Shown here: piece after piece, positions 36,563 through 45,556 of the stretch | Numbering within the stretch: position 1 is the first letter of the stretch | How the letters are laid out: the number at the start of each line of letters is the position of its first letter | The notes under the pieces: model-generated | Told to the model about the DNA's origin: nothing | What the model saw: only the letters and a program-made list of their open reading frames with translations | The model's database searches: none | NCBI GenBank assembly: GCA_037440225.1 | Contig: JBBIUN010000006.1 | Span: 37,126-101,125, forward strand | DNA length: 64,000 nucleotides | Direction: 5' to 3' | Source of the DNA: Gemmatimonadota bacterium | Lineage (GTDB): Bacteria > Gemmatimonadota > Gemmatimonadetes > Gemmatimonadales > GWC2-71-9 | Program-made: the position numbers and the translations under genes

Positions 36563-37413
36563 GACGCGCCGTCGCCCTGTACCGCAGTGCCGCGTATTCC
36601 CCGCGGCAGCACTTGCAGAACGACCGGGCCATCCTGGATGCCGTGGTGGAACAGCTTCGGATGTTCGGATGGAGGGTGCAGCCCGTGGCGGAGGACGAGG
36701 TCGCCTCGGGCCGGCTCCCTCCTGCCGAACTCTATCTCAACATGTGCCAGGGACCGGACGCGGCGCGCCGACTCCAAGCCTTGCTGCCCCGGGGAGCGCC
36801 GTGCATCAACGCCCCGGAGGCGGTGCTGGCGTGCCATCGCCACCGCCTGGTGCGGCGGCTGTCGGCGGCCGGTGTGGCCTTTCCGCCGACGGCGCTGGTG
36901 CGGACCAGCGGGCCGGGCGCGGCGAGCTCGCCCACGCATCTGGTCACCGCCAACGGCCATCCGGTTTGGGTCAAGCGCGGTGACGTGCACGCCCAGGCAC
37001 CCGAAGACGTGGTGTGCGTGCCGGTGAAGGAAGTCGGGCCCGCGATCGCGCGCTTTGCGCGGCGCGGCATCGGCACGGTGGTGATCCAGGCGCACGTGCC
37101 GGGCCCGGTGGTCAAGTTCTACGGCGTCATCGGCCGCCGGTTCTTTCACTGCTACGCCAGCGATCCCCGGGAGGGCGCCCTGAGCGCGGGGGACATCACC
37201 CGGCTTCACGAGCTGGCGGAACACGCCGCGCGCGCCCTCGGCCTTGCGGTCTACGGTGGCGACGCCGTGCTGGCCGCGCCGGGTTCGCCCGTTCTCATTG
37301 ATCTCAACGACTGGCCCAGCTTCGCACCGGTGCGCGCGGCGGCTGCCGCAGCGATCGCCCGCTACGCCCACCAGCGTGCCACGCGAGGGTACTACGCATG
37401 CTCGACACGTTGA
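36559..37413 (+). CDS. ATP-grasp fold protein (ligase or inositol-phosphate-kinase-like)
   Basis: GTG 36559 overlaps the previous stop (GTGA) and gives 284 aa. It shows ...WVKRGDVHA...VVIQAHVPGPVVKFYGV...YGGDAVL...VLIDLNDWPSF, the ATP-grasp strand/loop pattern. The substrate is unknown. Confidence 0.5.
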   Translation: MRRAVALYRSAAYSPRQHLQNDRAILDAVVEQLRMFGWRVQPVAEDEVASGRLPPAELYLNMCQGPDAARRLQALLPRGAPCINAPEAVLACHRHRLVRRLSAAGVAFPPTALVRTSGPGAASSPTHLVTANGHPVWVKRGDVHAQAPEDVVCVPVKEVGPAIARFARRGIGTVVIQAHVPGPVVKFYGVIGRRFFHCYASDPREGALSAGDITRLHELAEHAARALGLAVYGGDAVLAAPGSPVLIDLNDWPSFAPVRAAAAAAIARYAHQRATRGYYACSTR

Positions 37414-38729
37414 CTCGTCTCGAGGTCCCCGGGCCCCGGTCCCGGGCCGTCTTCGACGCCGAAGCACGGTACTTGGCTCCGGGTACGCAGAGTGTGGCCC
37501 TGTTCAGCCGGTTGTGCATCGAGCGTGGCGAGGGTGCCGTGCTCTACGACGTGGACGGCCGGCGCTACATTGACCTGATGGCCGGGGTGGGGGTGGCGAG
37601 CTTGGGCTACGCCCATCCTCGCTACGTGGCCGAGCTGACCCGGCAGCTCGAGCGAACCCACGTCGGGAGCTTCACCACCGAACACCGGGCCGCCCTGGTG
37701 GAGCTCATCGCTGCCATTACGCCGGGCGATCTCAACCGGACCCAGCTCTACAGCAGCGGAGCGGAGGCGGTGGAAGCGTCGCTCCGCCTGGCACGCGCCG
37801 CCACGGGCCGCCGGGAAATCCTGGGATTCTGGGGCGGCTTCCACGGCAAGACCGGCGGCGTGCTGCCGCTCTTGAGCGGCAGCTTCAAACACGGCTTGGG
37901 CCCCCTGGCGCCGGGTGCCTACAGCGCCCCGTATGCAAGCTGCGCGCGCTGCGCGTTCGGCCAAACCTTTCCCGAGTGCGGCTGGCGCTGCGTGGACTTT
38001 CTCCGGCACAAGATCCAGGCCGAGACCACCAACGACGTGGCCGCCATCGTGGTGGAGCCCATTCAGGGGACGGCGGGCAACGTGGTCCCCCCCGACGGAT
38101 ACCTCCGCCAGCTTCGAGCGCTCGCCGACGAGATCGGAGCGCTCTTGATCTGCGACGAAATGATCACCGGGTTCGGGCGAACGGGGCGGATGTTTGCGGT
38201 CGAGCACGACGGGGTCCTGCCCGATGTCCTGCTCGTAGGCAAGGGATTCGGAGGCGGATTTCCGGTCAGCGGCATCGTGGCGCGAGAGGGGATCGCCTTC
38301 GCCAAACCGTGGGCCAATCCCAGCGGCAGCTCGTCCAGTTACGGCGGCAATCCCCTAGCCGCCTGCGCCGCCCGCGTCACCATCCAGACCATCATCGAGG
38401 AAGGGCTGGTGGACCACAGCCGATCCCTGGGCGAACGCCTGCTGGCGGAGATGAAGCGATGGGAGGGAAGCATCCCCATCGTGTCCGCCGTGCGCGGGCG
38501 AGGTCTCTTGATCGGCATGGACTTGGTGGTCCCGGGAACCGACCGCCCGCTCGACCGGCAACATACCCGCCGGATCTTCGACGCCCTACTCGCTCGCGGG
38601 GTGATCGCCATGATCTACCAGCCGCAGGTTCGCATCAACCCGCCGCTGGTGATCACCGAGGAGCAGGCCTTCGAAGCCCTGGCCGCCATGGAGGAGGTCT
38701 TGCGTGAAGCCGCCGACCGCCTGGGCTAG
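37398..38729 (+). CDS. Class III pyridoxal-phosphate aminotransferase
   Basis: 443 aa with ...GFHGKT..., ...LICDEMITGFGRTGRMFA..., and ...LLVGKGFGGGFPVSG (PLP lysine context). Confidence 0.9.
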   Translation: MLDTLTRLEVPGPRSRAVFDAEARYLAPGTQSVALFSRLCIERGEGAVLYDVDGRRYIDLMAGVGVASLGYAHPRYVAELTRQLERTHVGSFTTEHRAALVELIAAITPGDLNRTQLYSSGAEAVEASLRLARAATGRREILGFWGGFHGKTGGVLPLLSGSFKHGLGPLAPGAYSAPYASCARCAFGQTFPECGWRCVDFLRHKIQAETTNDVAAIVVEPIQGTAGNVVPPDGYLRQLRALADEIGALLICDEMITGFGRTGRMFAVEHDGVLPDVLLVGKGFGGGFPVSGIVAREGIAFAKPWANPSGSSSSYGGNPLAACAARVTIQTIIEEGLVDHSRSLGERLLAEMKRWEGSIPIVSAVRGRGLLIGMDLVVPGTDRPLDRQHTRRIFDALLARGVIAMIYQPQVRINPPLVITEEQAFEALAAMEEVLREAADRLG

Positions 38730-39591
38730 CAAGGGACTCGAGATCGAGGAGTGGGCCGACCGGCGGTTCTTCCGCCCCCTCGGCTTCCGCGTGGCCGCCG
38801 CGCTGGCCCCCACCCGCCTGTCCGCCGACCACGTCACGGCGGCCTCTTTGCTGCTCGGCCTCGTGGCGGGCCACCTGTTCGCCTACCAGGCGTGGTGGTG
38901 GAACGCCGCCGGCCTCGCCTTGTTCGTCGGGTCCGACCTGCTCGACAGCGCGGACGGACAACTGGCGCGGATGCGCGAGAGCGCGACCCGCTGGGGCCGC
39001 CTGCTCGATGGCCTCGCGGACAATGCGCGCTTCCTCAACCTCTATCTCCATCTGCTCGTCCGCTTGTGGCGCGCCGGCTGGGGATGGGAAGCAACCGCGC
39101 TGGTGGCCGCGGCGGCGATCAGCCATTCGTTCCAGAGCGCCGCGGTGGATTTCGTGCGTAACGCCTATCTCTCGCTGGGGTTGGGCCGCGCCAGCGAGCT
39201 GGATCTGCCCGGAGAGATCTCGCCCGCCCCCGCGGCGCCGTGGGGACGACGCGCGGCCCGATGGCTCTACGCGGGCTACTTGCAGCGCCAAGCGCTCTTG
39301 TTCCCGCAGACCGTCGCCCTGGCCTCCTCGCTCGGAGAACGGGGCCTGCCGCCATCGCTGGCTGCGGCGTGGCGCCAGGAGCAGGCCGGGGTGCTCGCCG
39401 CCACCGCCTGGATCGGGCAGAACATCCGCTGGGCCCTCCTCGCGGGTACCGCCTGCCTGGGCTGGCCCGCCGGGTTCTGCTGGGCCACGGTGGGACCGCT
39501 GAACGCGGTGCTGGCAGCGATCCTCCTGGCGCACGAGCGGCACGCCCTCCACCTGAGCCATCCGCTCCGGCCCGTGATCTCGGATGCCTGA
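38704..39591 (+). CDS. CDP-alcohol phosphatidyltransferase family membrane protein (copy 1)
   Basis: 295 aa with a GTG start. The motif DLLDSADGQLARMR...GRLLDGLADN matches D-x2-D-G-x2-A-R...G-x3-D-x3-D, and there are multiple TM helices. Confidence 0.8.
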   Translation: MKPPTAWASKGLEIEEWADRRFFRPLGFRVAAALAPTRLSADHVTAASLLLGLVAGHLFAYQAWWWNAAGLALFVGSDLLDSADGQLARMRESATRWGRLLDGLADNARFLNLYLHLLVRLWRAGWGWEATALVAAAAISHSFQSAAVDFVRNAYLSLGLGRASELDLPGEISPAPAAPWGRRAARWLYAGYLQRQALLFPQTVALASSLGERGLPPSLAAAWRQEQAGVLAATAWIGQNIRWALLAGTACLGWPAGFCWATVGPLNAVLAAILLAHERHALHLSHPLRPVISDA

Positions 39592-40633
39592 GCTTGAGCG
39601 CGTGTACCGGGGCGCCATCGTGGGCTTGGGAGGAGTAGCCCGGCACGCTCACCTTCCGGCCTACTTGCACTACCCCGAGGTGCGGCGCCGGCTCCGCCTG
39701 GTGCTGGCCATGGACGAGAGTCCTACCGTATCTCCTCTCGAGGCCCTCGCCCTGGTGCACAGCCGCAGCGCACTCTTGGCCCGCGGGCCGCTGGACTTCG
39801 TAGATATTTGCACGCCCACGGCCACCCACCTCGAGCTGGCGACCTGGGCGCTGGCCCAGGGGTTCCACGTGCTGTGCGAGAAGCCCGTGGCCACCAGCCG
39901 CGCCGAGGCTTCCGTCATTGCCGCCGCGGCCGCCGCCGCCCAGCGGGTCGTGGTGCCCTGCCACCAGTACCGCTACAACCCGGCCTGGCGCACCCTGCGC
40001 CGGTGGCTGGAGGAGGGGCGCATCGGGCGGTGGCACCTGGCGCAATTCGAGGTCCATCGGCCGGCCGCGGACGCCGCTACGGCAGTCTCGGGCACGCCGT
40101 GGCGCGGCCAGCGGTGCCGCGGGCTGGGCGGGGTGCTGCTGGACCATGGCACCCACCTCCTCTACCAGCTCACCGACCTCGCCGGACTGCCGCGCTCGGT
40201 GCGAGCCTGGACCGGGCGCCTGCGCCACCCGGAATACGACGTGGAAGACACGGCGCATCTCTTGCTCGACTTCGGCGACCGGGCAGCGGTGTTGCTGCTG
40301 ACGTGGGCCGGTCACGGGCGCCAGAATCGCATCCGGTTCGTCGGGGACCGGGGAGCTATCGAGTGGTCGGGGGGGCTGTTGGCCCTGGAGGGCGACGGCC
40401 GGAGGGAGGTGCTCGACTTCACCGCGCAGCTCGATAAGAGCGCCTACCACGCCTGGTTTGCCGAACTGTTCGCCATCTTCGCCGACGCCATGGACCGCGG
40501 CGAGGGTGCCAGCCATCTGGCTGACATCGCGCGGGTGGCCACCCTGCTGGAAGCCTGCTACCGGGCGGCCGCACAGCCCGGCGTTCCGGTGCCCACGCCG
40601 GCGATCACGGAACCCGTCCAAGAGGTGGCGTGA
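39584..40633 (+). CDS. Gfo/Idh/MocA family NAD(P)-dependent oxidoreductase
   Basis: 349 aa with an N-terminal Rossmann region (GAIVGLGGVARHAHLPAY), ...VLCEKPVA..., and a C-terminal alpha/beta domain. Confidence 0.85.
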   Translation: MPELERVYRGAIVGLGGVARHAHLPAYLHYPEVRRRLRLVLAMDESPTVSPLEALALVHSRSALLARGPLDFVDICTPTATHLELATWALAQGFHVLCEKPVATSRAEASVIAAAAAAAQRVVVPCHQYRYNPAWRTLRRWLEEGRIGRWHLAQFEVHRPAADAATAVSGTPWRGQRCRGLGGVLLDHGTHLLYQLTDLAGLPRSVRAWTGRLRHPEYDVEDTAHLLLDFGDRAAVLLLTWAGHGRQNRIRFVGDRGAIEWSGGLLALEGDGRREVLDFTAQLDKSAYHAWFAELFAIFADAMDRGEGASHLADIARVATLLEACYRAAAQPGVPVPTPAITEPVQEVA

Positions 40634-40649
40634 GGCGCCGGGCGCTCTC

Positions 40650-41087
40650 ATGACCATCGTCACGCACGTGCTCGGCACCGCCCTCGGCGTCCAGGTGCTC
40701 GGACTACGAGGCCGGGATGCCTACCTCGCCTATGCCTTCGGCGTCGCCGTGGACCTCGACCACGTGATCAAGCTGCCCCGGTACCTCAAGGCGGTGGGAT
40801 GGGCCAACCGGCGGGGCTACTACTGGCGGTCGTCGCTCCAAGAACCGGTGGCGCTGCTCTGGATCGTGCCGCTGTCCTTCCTGTTGGGCACAGCCGTCCC
40901 GACCGTCTTTTTCTTGCTGCACCTGGCCCTGGACTACCTGGTCAGTTACGAGAAGATGCCCTGGTACCCTTACAGCCTGCGCGTCACACGGGGGTGGCTG
41001 GTGGCGCTGCCCGACCGGGTGAAGGAAGGCGTCCTCCTGGCGGTGTTCGCGTGCTCCAACCTTTTCCTGCTCTGGAATCGGCTCTAG
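40650..41087 (+). CDS. Small polytopic membrane protein (YdjM/DUF457-like metal-dependent hydrolase?)
   Basis: This is the C-terminal part of track ORF 40458..41087. ATG 40650 gives 145 aa: [17 protein letters not shown]...[12 protein letters not shown]...LHLALDYLV. His/Asp-rich loops lie between TM helices. Confidence 0.45.
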   Translation: MTIVTHVLGTALGVQVLGLRGRDAYLAYAFGVAVDLDHVIKLPRYLKAVGWANRRGYYWRSSLQEPVALLWIVPLSFLLGTAVPTVFFLLHLALDYLVSYEKMPWYPYSLRVTRGWLVALPDRVKEGVLLAVFACSNLFLLWNRL

Positions 41088-41662
41088 GCCGCGTCCTGCG
41101 ACCGCTGGTTCGCGCGGCGCACCTCAGGGCCGGGCTTTCCCCCAACCAGGTCACCTGGTTGGCGTTCGGCGCCAGTGTCCTGGCGGCCGGGACCATCGCC
41201 ACGGGCCAGGTCCTGCCCGGCCTCGCGCTCATGGCGCTGGGGCAAGTCCTGGATGCGCTGGACGGAGCCATTGCCCGGGAGTTCGATCTGGCCTCGCTCG
41301 CGGGGCACCGGCTGGACACGGTGCTCGATCGGGCATCCGAGATCGCGATTTTCGCAGCATGCGGGTGGTCCGGGCTGGCATCCTGGAAGCTCGTGGCCTT
41401 GGCGAGCTATGCGGTCTTGCTGGTCACCACGGTGGCCGACCGAGCGCGCTGGGATCCCGGCGCCAAGCGCGTGGTGCTGTATCTCGGTCTCTGGTTTCCG
41501 TTCCCCGCCCTGTTCACCGCCATCGTGGTGGCGAACTTGGCAGGCTTCGCGATCGCCCTCCTCCGGCTCGACCTCGAGTTTCAGCACCGCATGGATGCGC
41601 TGGGCGGCGACCTCGATACGGTCGCCTCGCGCGCGGCTCGGTGGAGAGAGGATCGGGGCTGA
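41051..41662 (+). CDS. CDP-alcohol phosphatidyltransferase family membrane protein (copy 2)
   Basis: This is the C-terminal part of track ORF 40799..41662. The motif is [12 protein letters not shown]...[13 protein letters not shown]. The start is uncertain: GTG 41051 gives a 37-nt overlap with the previous gene, and CTG 41096 is an alternative. Confidence 0.68.
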   Translation: MLQPFPALESALGRVLRPLVRAAHLRAGLSPNQVTWLAFGASVLAAGTIATGQVLPGLALMALGQVLDALDGAIAREFDLASLAGHRLDTVLDRASEIAIFAACGWSGLASWKLVALASYAVLLVTTVADRARWDPGAKRVVLYLGLWFPFPALFTAIVVANLAGFAIALLRLDLEFQHRMDALGGDLDTVASRAARWREDRG

Positions 41663-41798
41663 ACGACGGGTAGCTACGCGGGTTCGCCCCGGCCCACGGG
41701 CCGAGGTGATGCACCAGACACTTGGCGATGGCAAGCCCTAGACAGCAGAGCCCAGCAGGCGCTGGTGGCCGCGGCGGAGGCTTGGGGGTGGCAGGCTG

Positions 41799-42362
41799 CT
41801 ACGCCGCGATCGCGCCCCCGCACTGGGCACAGAACTTGGCCCCATCCAAGAGCGGGGCCCCGCAGTTGCGGCAGCGCGCGGGAGCCGCCGGCGCCAGCAG
41901 CGATCGGCCGCAGCGGGAACAAAACACCGCGTTGGGCTCCGGCCGAGGCCCGCAGGTGGGACAGGTCCTCGACGCCGATTGCCGAGCCCGGCGAATGAGT
42001 TCCTCGGCGCGCTCGCTCACGGAGGCGGAAGCCCCCCGCCCGGCAGGTCCCGCCGCGGCCGTCCCTCCGGCCGGCGCCTCCTCCTCCGCCCGAATGGCGG
42101 CAATGGCCTCCGATTCGTACTTGGCCTTGAGCCGCCGGTAGTCGTCTTCCGAGAGTTTGCCGGTGGCCCGATCGAACTCGATCTCTCGAAGCGCCAAGAG
42201 CGAGCGCACCTTGGGCGAGTCGGACTCCGCAGGATCGCCGAGGTCCACATCGTCTTCCGCTGCGGGAACGGCCGCGCTCCGGGGCAGGACCAAGGGCTCC
42301 AGCACCAAGGCCAGCGCAGCTAGGGCTACGAGGAGGCCCGCCACCAGCTCCCACATGCTCAC
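41799..42362 (-). CDS. CcmI-like N-terminal module fused to double zinc-ribbon C-terminus
   Basis: 187 aa with an N-terminal TM helix and LALREIEFDRATGKLSEDDYRRLKAKYE (a CcmI/CycH N-terminal-like motif). The C-terminus has CPTCG...CSRCG...CRNCG...CAQCG. 4-nt overlap with ccmH. Confidence 0.5.
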   Translation of the reverse strand: MSMWELVAGLLVALAALALVLEPLVLPRSAAVPAAEDDVDLGDPAESDSPKVRSLLALREIEFDRATGKLSEDDYRRLKAKYESEAIAAIRAEEEAPAGGTAAAGPAGRGASASVSERAEELIRRARQSASRTCPTCGPRPEPNAVFCSRCGRSLLAPAAPARCRNCGAPLLDGAKFCAQCGGAIAA

Positions 42363-43018
42363 AGCTCCAGCCGCTCGAGTTCGGCCTTGAGGCGGGCGGC
42401 ATCTTCCGGTGGCAGCGTGGAGCCCGCCTCGGAGTCTCCGCCCTCCGGAGAGGCGCCTCCAGCCGCCGCCAGCCTAGCCCCACGCTTCCGAAGCAACACC
42501 CACGCCAGCACCGCGCCCACCAGGGTGATCAGGATGCCGGGCACCAAGTAGCCGGCCAAGTTGAAGCCCACCTTGGGCGGGGCCATCAACACGGACTCGC
42601 CGTACTGGGCCACGAAGGCGTCCAGGATCTCCTGCGCCGATTTCCGCTGCTCGACCAGCTCCACCACTCGCCGGTGCATGGCGGGCGAGGTTTCGCAGGT
42701 GAAATCCGTGGTGCGGCAGGTGTACACGCTGAGGTTGCAGCCGCAGGTGCAGCGCAGCTTCTCCTCCACGCCGACCACGAAGGGATCATTCTCGTACTCG
42801 CTCACGCGGGTGCGGAGCTTGCCCGCGCGGCTGGGGTCCCAGAGTTCCCCCACCAGGGTGTCGGGTGCCGCCGGCTGCGGGGACGGCGCGTCTCGAAGAG
42901 CCGCCCTGGCGGCCCCACCGGCCTGGCGCGCCGCTTGCGGGGCAACGAGGACCGGCAGCGCGATCGCCAGCACCCCCCGCACGAGGTCTCGTCGCGACTG
43001 GCTCAGCGACTCACTCAT
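42359..43018 (-). CDS. ccmH: Cytochrome c-type biogenesis protein CcmH-like (atypical Cys motif)
   Basis: 219 aa with a Tat-like N-terminus SRRDLVRGVL. KLRCTCGCNLSVYTC...EILDAFVAQYGESVLMAPP, followed by a TM helix, fits the CcmH family layout. The usual LRCxxCQ motif is replaced by LRCTCGC. Confidence 0.7.
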   Translation of the reverse strand: MSESLSQSRRDLVRGVLAIALPVLVAPQAARQAGGAARAALRDAPSPQPAAPDTLVGELWDPSRAGKLRTRVSEYENDPFVVGVEEKLRCTCGCNLSVYTCRTTDFTCETSPAMHRRVVELVEQRKSAQEILDAFVAQYGESVLMAPPKVGFNLAGYLVPGILITLVGAVLAWVLLRKRGARLAAAGGASPEGGDSEAGSTLPPEDAARLKAELERLEL

Positions 43019-45053
43019 GACCTTCCCAGCCGGTCCCCGTCAGCGTGACGGCGTAGCCGGGAAGGGCCCGCCGCAGCGACGCCTTGGTGGGAGCGGCCCC
43101 AGGCCACATCACGATGACCCCGCCCAGCACCAGGATCGCCCCGCCGAACCAGACCCACCAGACCAGCGGGTTGATGGTGAAGCGATAGACCGCTTCCTCT
43201 GTACCCGCCACGGAGCCGGCGAAGACGATGTAGAGGTCCTCGCGCAGGTCGCTGCGGATGGCGGCCTCGGTGGACGGGTTGAACTGGGGGCGGTTGAACG
43301 AATCCACGTACTGGCGTTTCTCGCTGCTCATCACGCCTAGCCGTTTGCCGTCCCGCTCGACCTCGACGCTGGCCGCGGTCACGAACCGGTTCAGCCGCTC
43401 GTACTGCGAGATCCCCAAATGGGTGAAGGTATATACGTGGCCGTACGGGGAGCGCATGGACGTGGATTCCCCCGGCTTCAGCGAGGCTTCCATTTCCCGC
43501 TTGAAGGCCAGGCCCGAGAAGGCCACGAAGTAGGTGACGATGCCCAAGTGCACCACGTAGCCGCCGTAGCGCCGGCGGTTCCGGGCCACCAGCCGGGCGA
43601 AGGCCAGGGGGTAGGCTTCCCCGTGCAGGCGATGCCGGGCGGACGTGCCCCGCCAGAACTCCTGCACAATGGTGGCCACCACGAAGGCCGCGAGCGAGGC
43701 CGCCACCCCGGCGTAGAAGTCGCTGTAGCGAATCAGCACCAGCACCAGCGCCGTGGCCAGCCCCATACTGACCGGGATGGCGAACTGCCGCTTGAGATTC
43801 TGCGGGCTCGCCTTGCGCCAGGCGATCAAGGGGCCCACGCCGGTCAGCGCCAGCAGGGCCAGGCCGATGGGGATGTTCACCTGATTGAAGAACGGCGGCC
43901 CGACCGTGACCTTGGTCCCCCGCAGCCACTCGGACAAAATGGGGAAGATGGTGCCCCAAAAAATGGAAAACGCCATCCCCACCAGCAGCAGGTTGTTAAA
44001 GTAGAAGCTCGCCTCCCGCGACAACGCGCTTTCCAACTGAGCCTCGCTCTTCAGTTCGGGCAGCCGGGTCCACAGCAGCCAGCCCAGGAAGATCGCGGTG
44101 GTCACCAGGAAGATCAGGAAGAAGTATCCCACGTTCGACTGGGCGAACGAGTGGACGCTGGAGATGATGCCGCTCCGGGTGATGAACGTCCCGAAGATGG
44201 ACAGCATGAACGACAGCGTGATCAGGGAGACGTTCCACTTCTTGAGCATGCCCCGCTTTTCCTGGATCATCACCGAGTGGAGGAACGCGGTCATGGTGAG
44301 CCAGGGGAGGAAGCTCGCGTTCTCTACCGGGTCCCAGGCCCAATATCCGCCCCAGCCGAGTTCCACGTACGCCCACCACATGCCCAGCGTGATGCCGATC
44401 GAGAGGAACGTCCAGGAGAGCAGGGTCCAGCGCCGGATGGCGTGCAACCAGCCGGTGTCCAGCCGCCGCGAGATGAGGGCCGCCACCGCGAAAGCGAACG
44501 GCACCGCGATGCTGATATAGCCGAGGTAGAGCATCGGCGGGTGGACCACCATGCCAGGATTCTGGAGCTGGGGATTGAGACCGTTGCCGTCCTCGGGCGT
44601 AAAGGGCAGCCGAGCGAAGGGGTTCGCGGCAAAGACCATCACCGCGACAAAGAACAGCGTCACCCCAGAGGTCACCGCCGCCACGTAGGGCATCAACGGA
44701 TCGTAGCGCCGGGGCGTGAGCCACTGCGCCGCCGCCGCAAAGATACTGAGCACGAAGGCCCAGAAGAGCAGGCTCCCCGCCTGGCCGCCGTAAAAGGCGG
44801 AGACCGTGTAGACCGCGGGCAGGTTGCGGCTGGTGTACTCGGCCACGTACGCCACGTTGAAGTCGCGGCGCAACAGCGCGGTGAGCAACGAGGCGGCCGC
44901 CACCGACAGCAGACCCAGCAAGGCATAGGTGGCCCGCCTGGCGCTCTGGATCAGTTCCGGCCGGCGGCGAATACCGCCCAGGACGCCGGTGGCCGTCCCC
45001 CACAAGGCCACCAGCAACGCCAGCCACAGAGCGATTTGGCCTAGGGTCGTCAC
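43011..45053 (-). CDS. ccmF: Cytochrome c heme lyase subunit CcmF
   Basis: 680 aa polytopic protein with the WGGYWAWDPVENASFLPWL tryptophan-rich (WWD-like) motif. Confidence 0.93.
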   Translation of the reverse strand: MTTLGQIALWLALLVALWGTATGVLGGIRRRPELIQSARRATYALLGLLSVAAASLLTALLRRDFNVAYVAEYTSRNLPAVYTVSAFYGGQAGSLLFWAFVLSIFAAAAQWLTPRRYDPLMPYVAAVTSGVTLFFVAVMVFAANPFARLPFTPEDGNGLNPQLQNPGMVVHPPMLYLGYISIAVPFAFAVAALISRRLDTGWLHAIRRWTLLSWTFLSIGITLGMWWAYVELGWGGYWAWDPVENASFLPWLTMTAFLHSVMIQEKRGMLKKWNVSLITLSFMLSIFGTFITRSGIISSVHSFAQSNVGYFFLIFLVTTAIFLGWLLWTRLPELKSEAQLESALSREASFYFNNLLLVGMAFSIFWGTIFPILSEWLRGTKVTVGPPFFNQVNIPIGLALLALTGVGPLIAWRKASPQNLKRQFAIPVSMGLATALVLVLIRYSDFYAGVAASLAAFVVATIVQEFWRGTSARHRLHGEAYPLAFARLVARNRRRYGGYVVHLGIVTYFVAFSGLAFKREMEASLKPGESTSMRSPYGHVYTFTHLGISQYERLNRFVTAASVEVERDGKRLGVMSSEKRQYVDSFNRPQFNPSTEAAIRSDLREDLYIVFAGSVAGTEEAVYRFTINPLVWWVWFGGAILVLGGVIVMWPGAAPTKASLRRALPGYAVTLTGTGWEGHE

Positions 45054-45056
45054 GAC

Positions 45057-45461
45057 TCAGGCCTTGGGCACCGACTCATACCGCGAGCCGCACTTGGCCA
45101 ACAGCGTCGTCGCCCGGAACGTGCCATCCGGCATCAGGCGCCCCTCGACCACCACGTCCACGTTGTCCGTGAAGGTGTCGGGCGCGAGCCCCCGGTATAC
45201 GACGGGATAGGTCTGCTGCCCGTCCGTCACCTGAAACGTGATGGTCTGGGAAGCCACGTCGCGCCGAATGCTGCCCGCCACCACTCGGGCGCCGAGTTTG
45301 ACCCCTACGTTGTAGAACGAGGGATCCGCCGCCACCCGGCCGGCCAGTTCGGTGGGCGTCAAGAAATACACCCCGGTGTCCTTGATACCCGAAGCCATGA
45401 GATAGCCCACCGTACCTACCACCAGGGCCGCGCCAATCAGGATGCGAGTGCGTGCGTTCAT
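45057..45461 (-). CDS. ccmE: Heme chaperone CcmE, Cys (CxxxY) variant
   Basis: 134 aa with an N-terminal anchor and an OB-fold body (...GVKLGARVVAGSIRRD...VVVEGRL...). The C-terminal motif LAKCGSRYES sits where classical CcmE has LAKHDE.Y. Confidence 0.88.
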   Translation of the reverse strand: MNARTRILIGAALVVGTVGYLMASGIKDTGVYFLTPTELAGRVAADPSFYNVGVKLGARVVAGSIRRDVASQTITFQVTDGQQTYPVVYRGLAPDTFTDNVDVVVEGRLMPDGTFRATTLLAKCGSRYESVPKA

Positions 45462-45556
45462 AGCTGCCGCTCACAGGTGCCGGACACGCCGGCCATCACG
45501 GTTGACCGTTCTTCCGCCTGCAAGGATACCATGGAGGTCCCCAGCTACGCTAAAGT

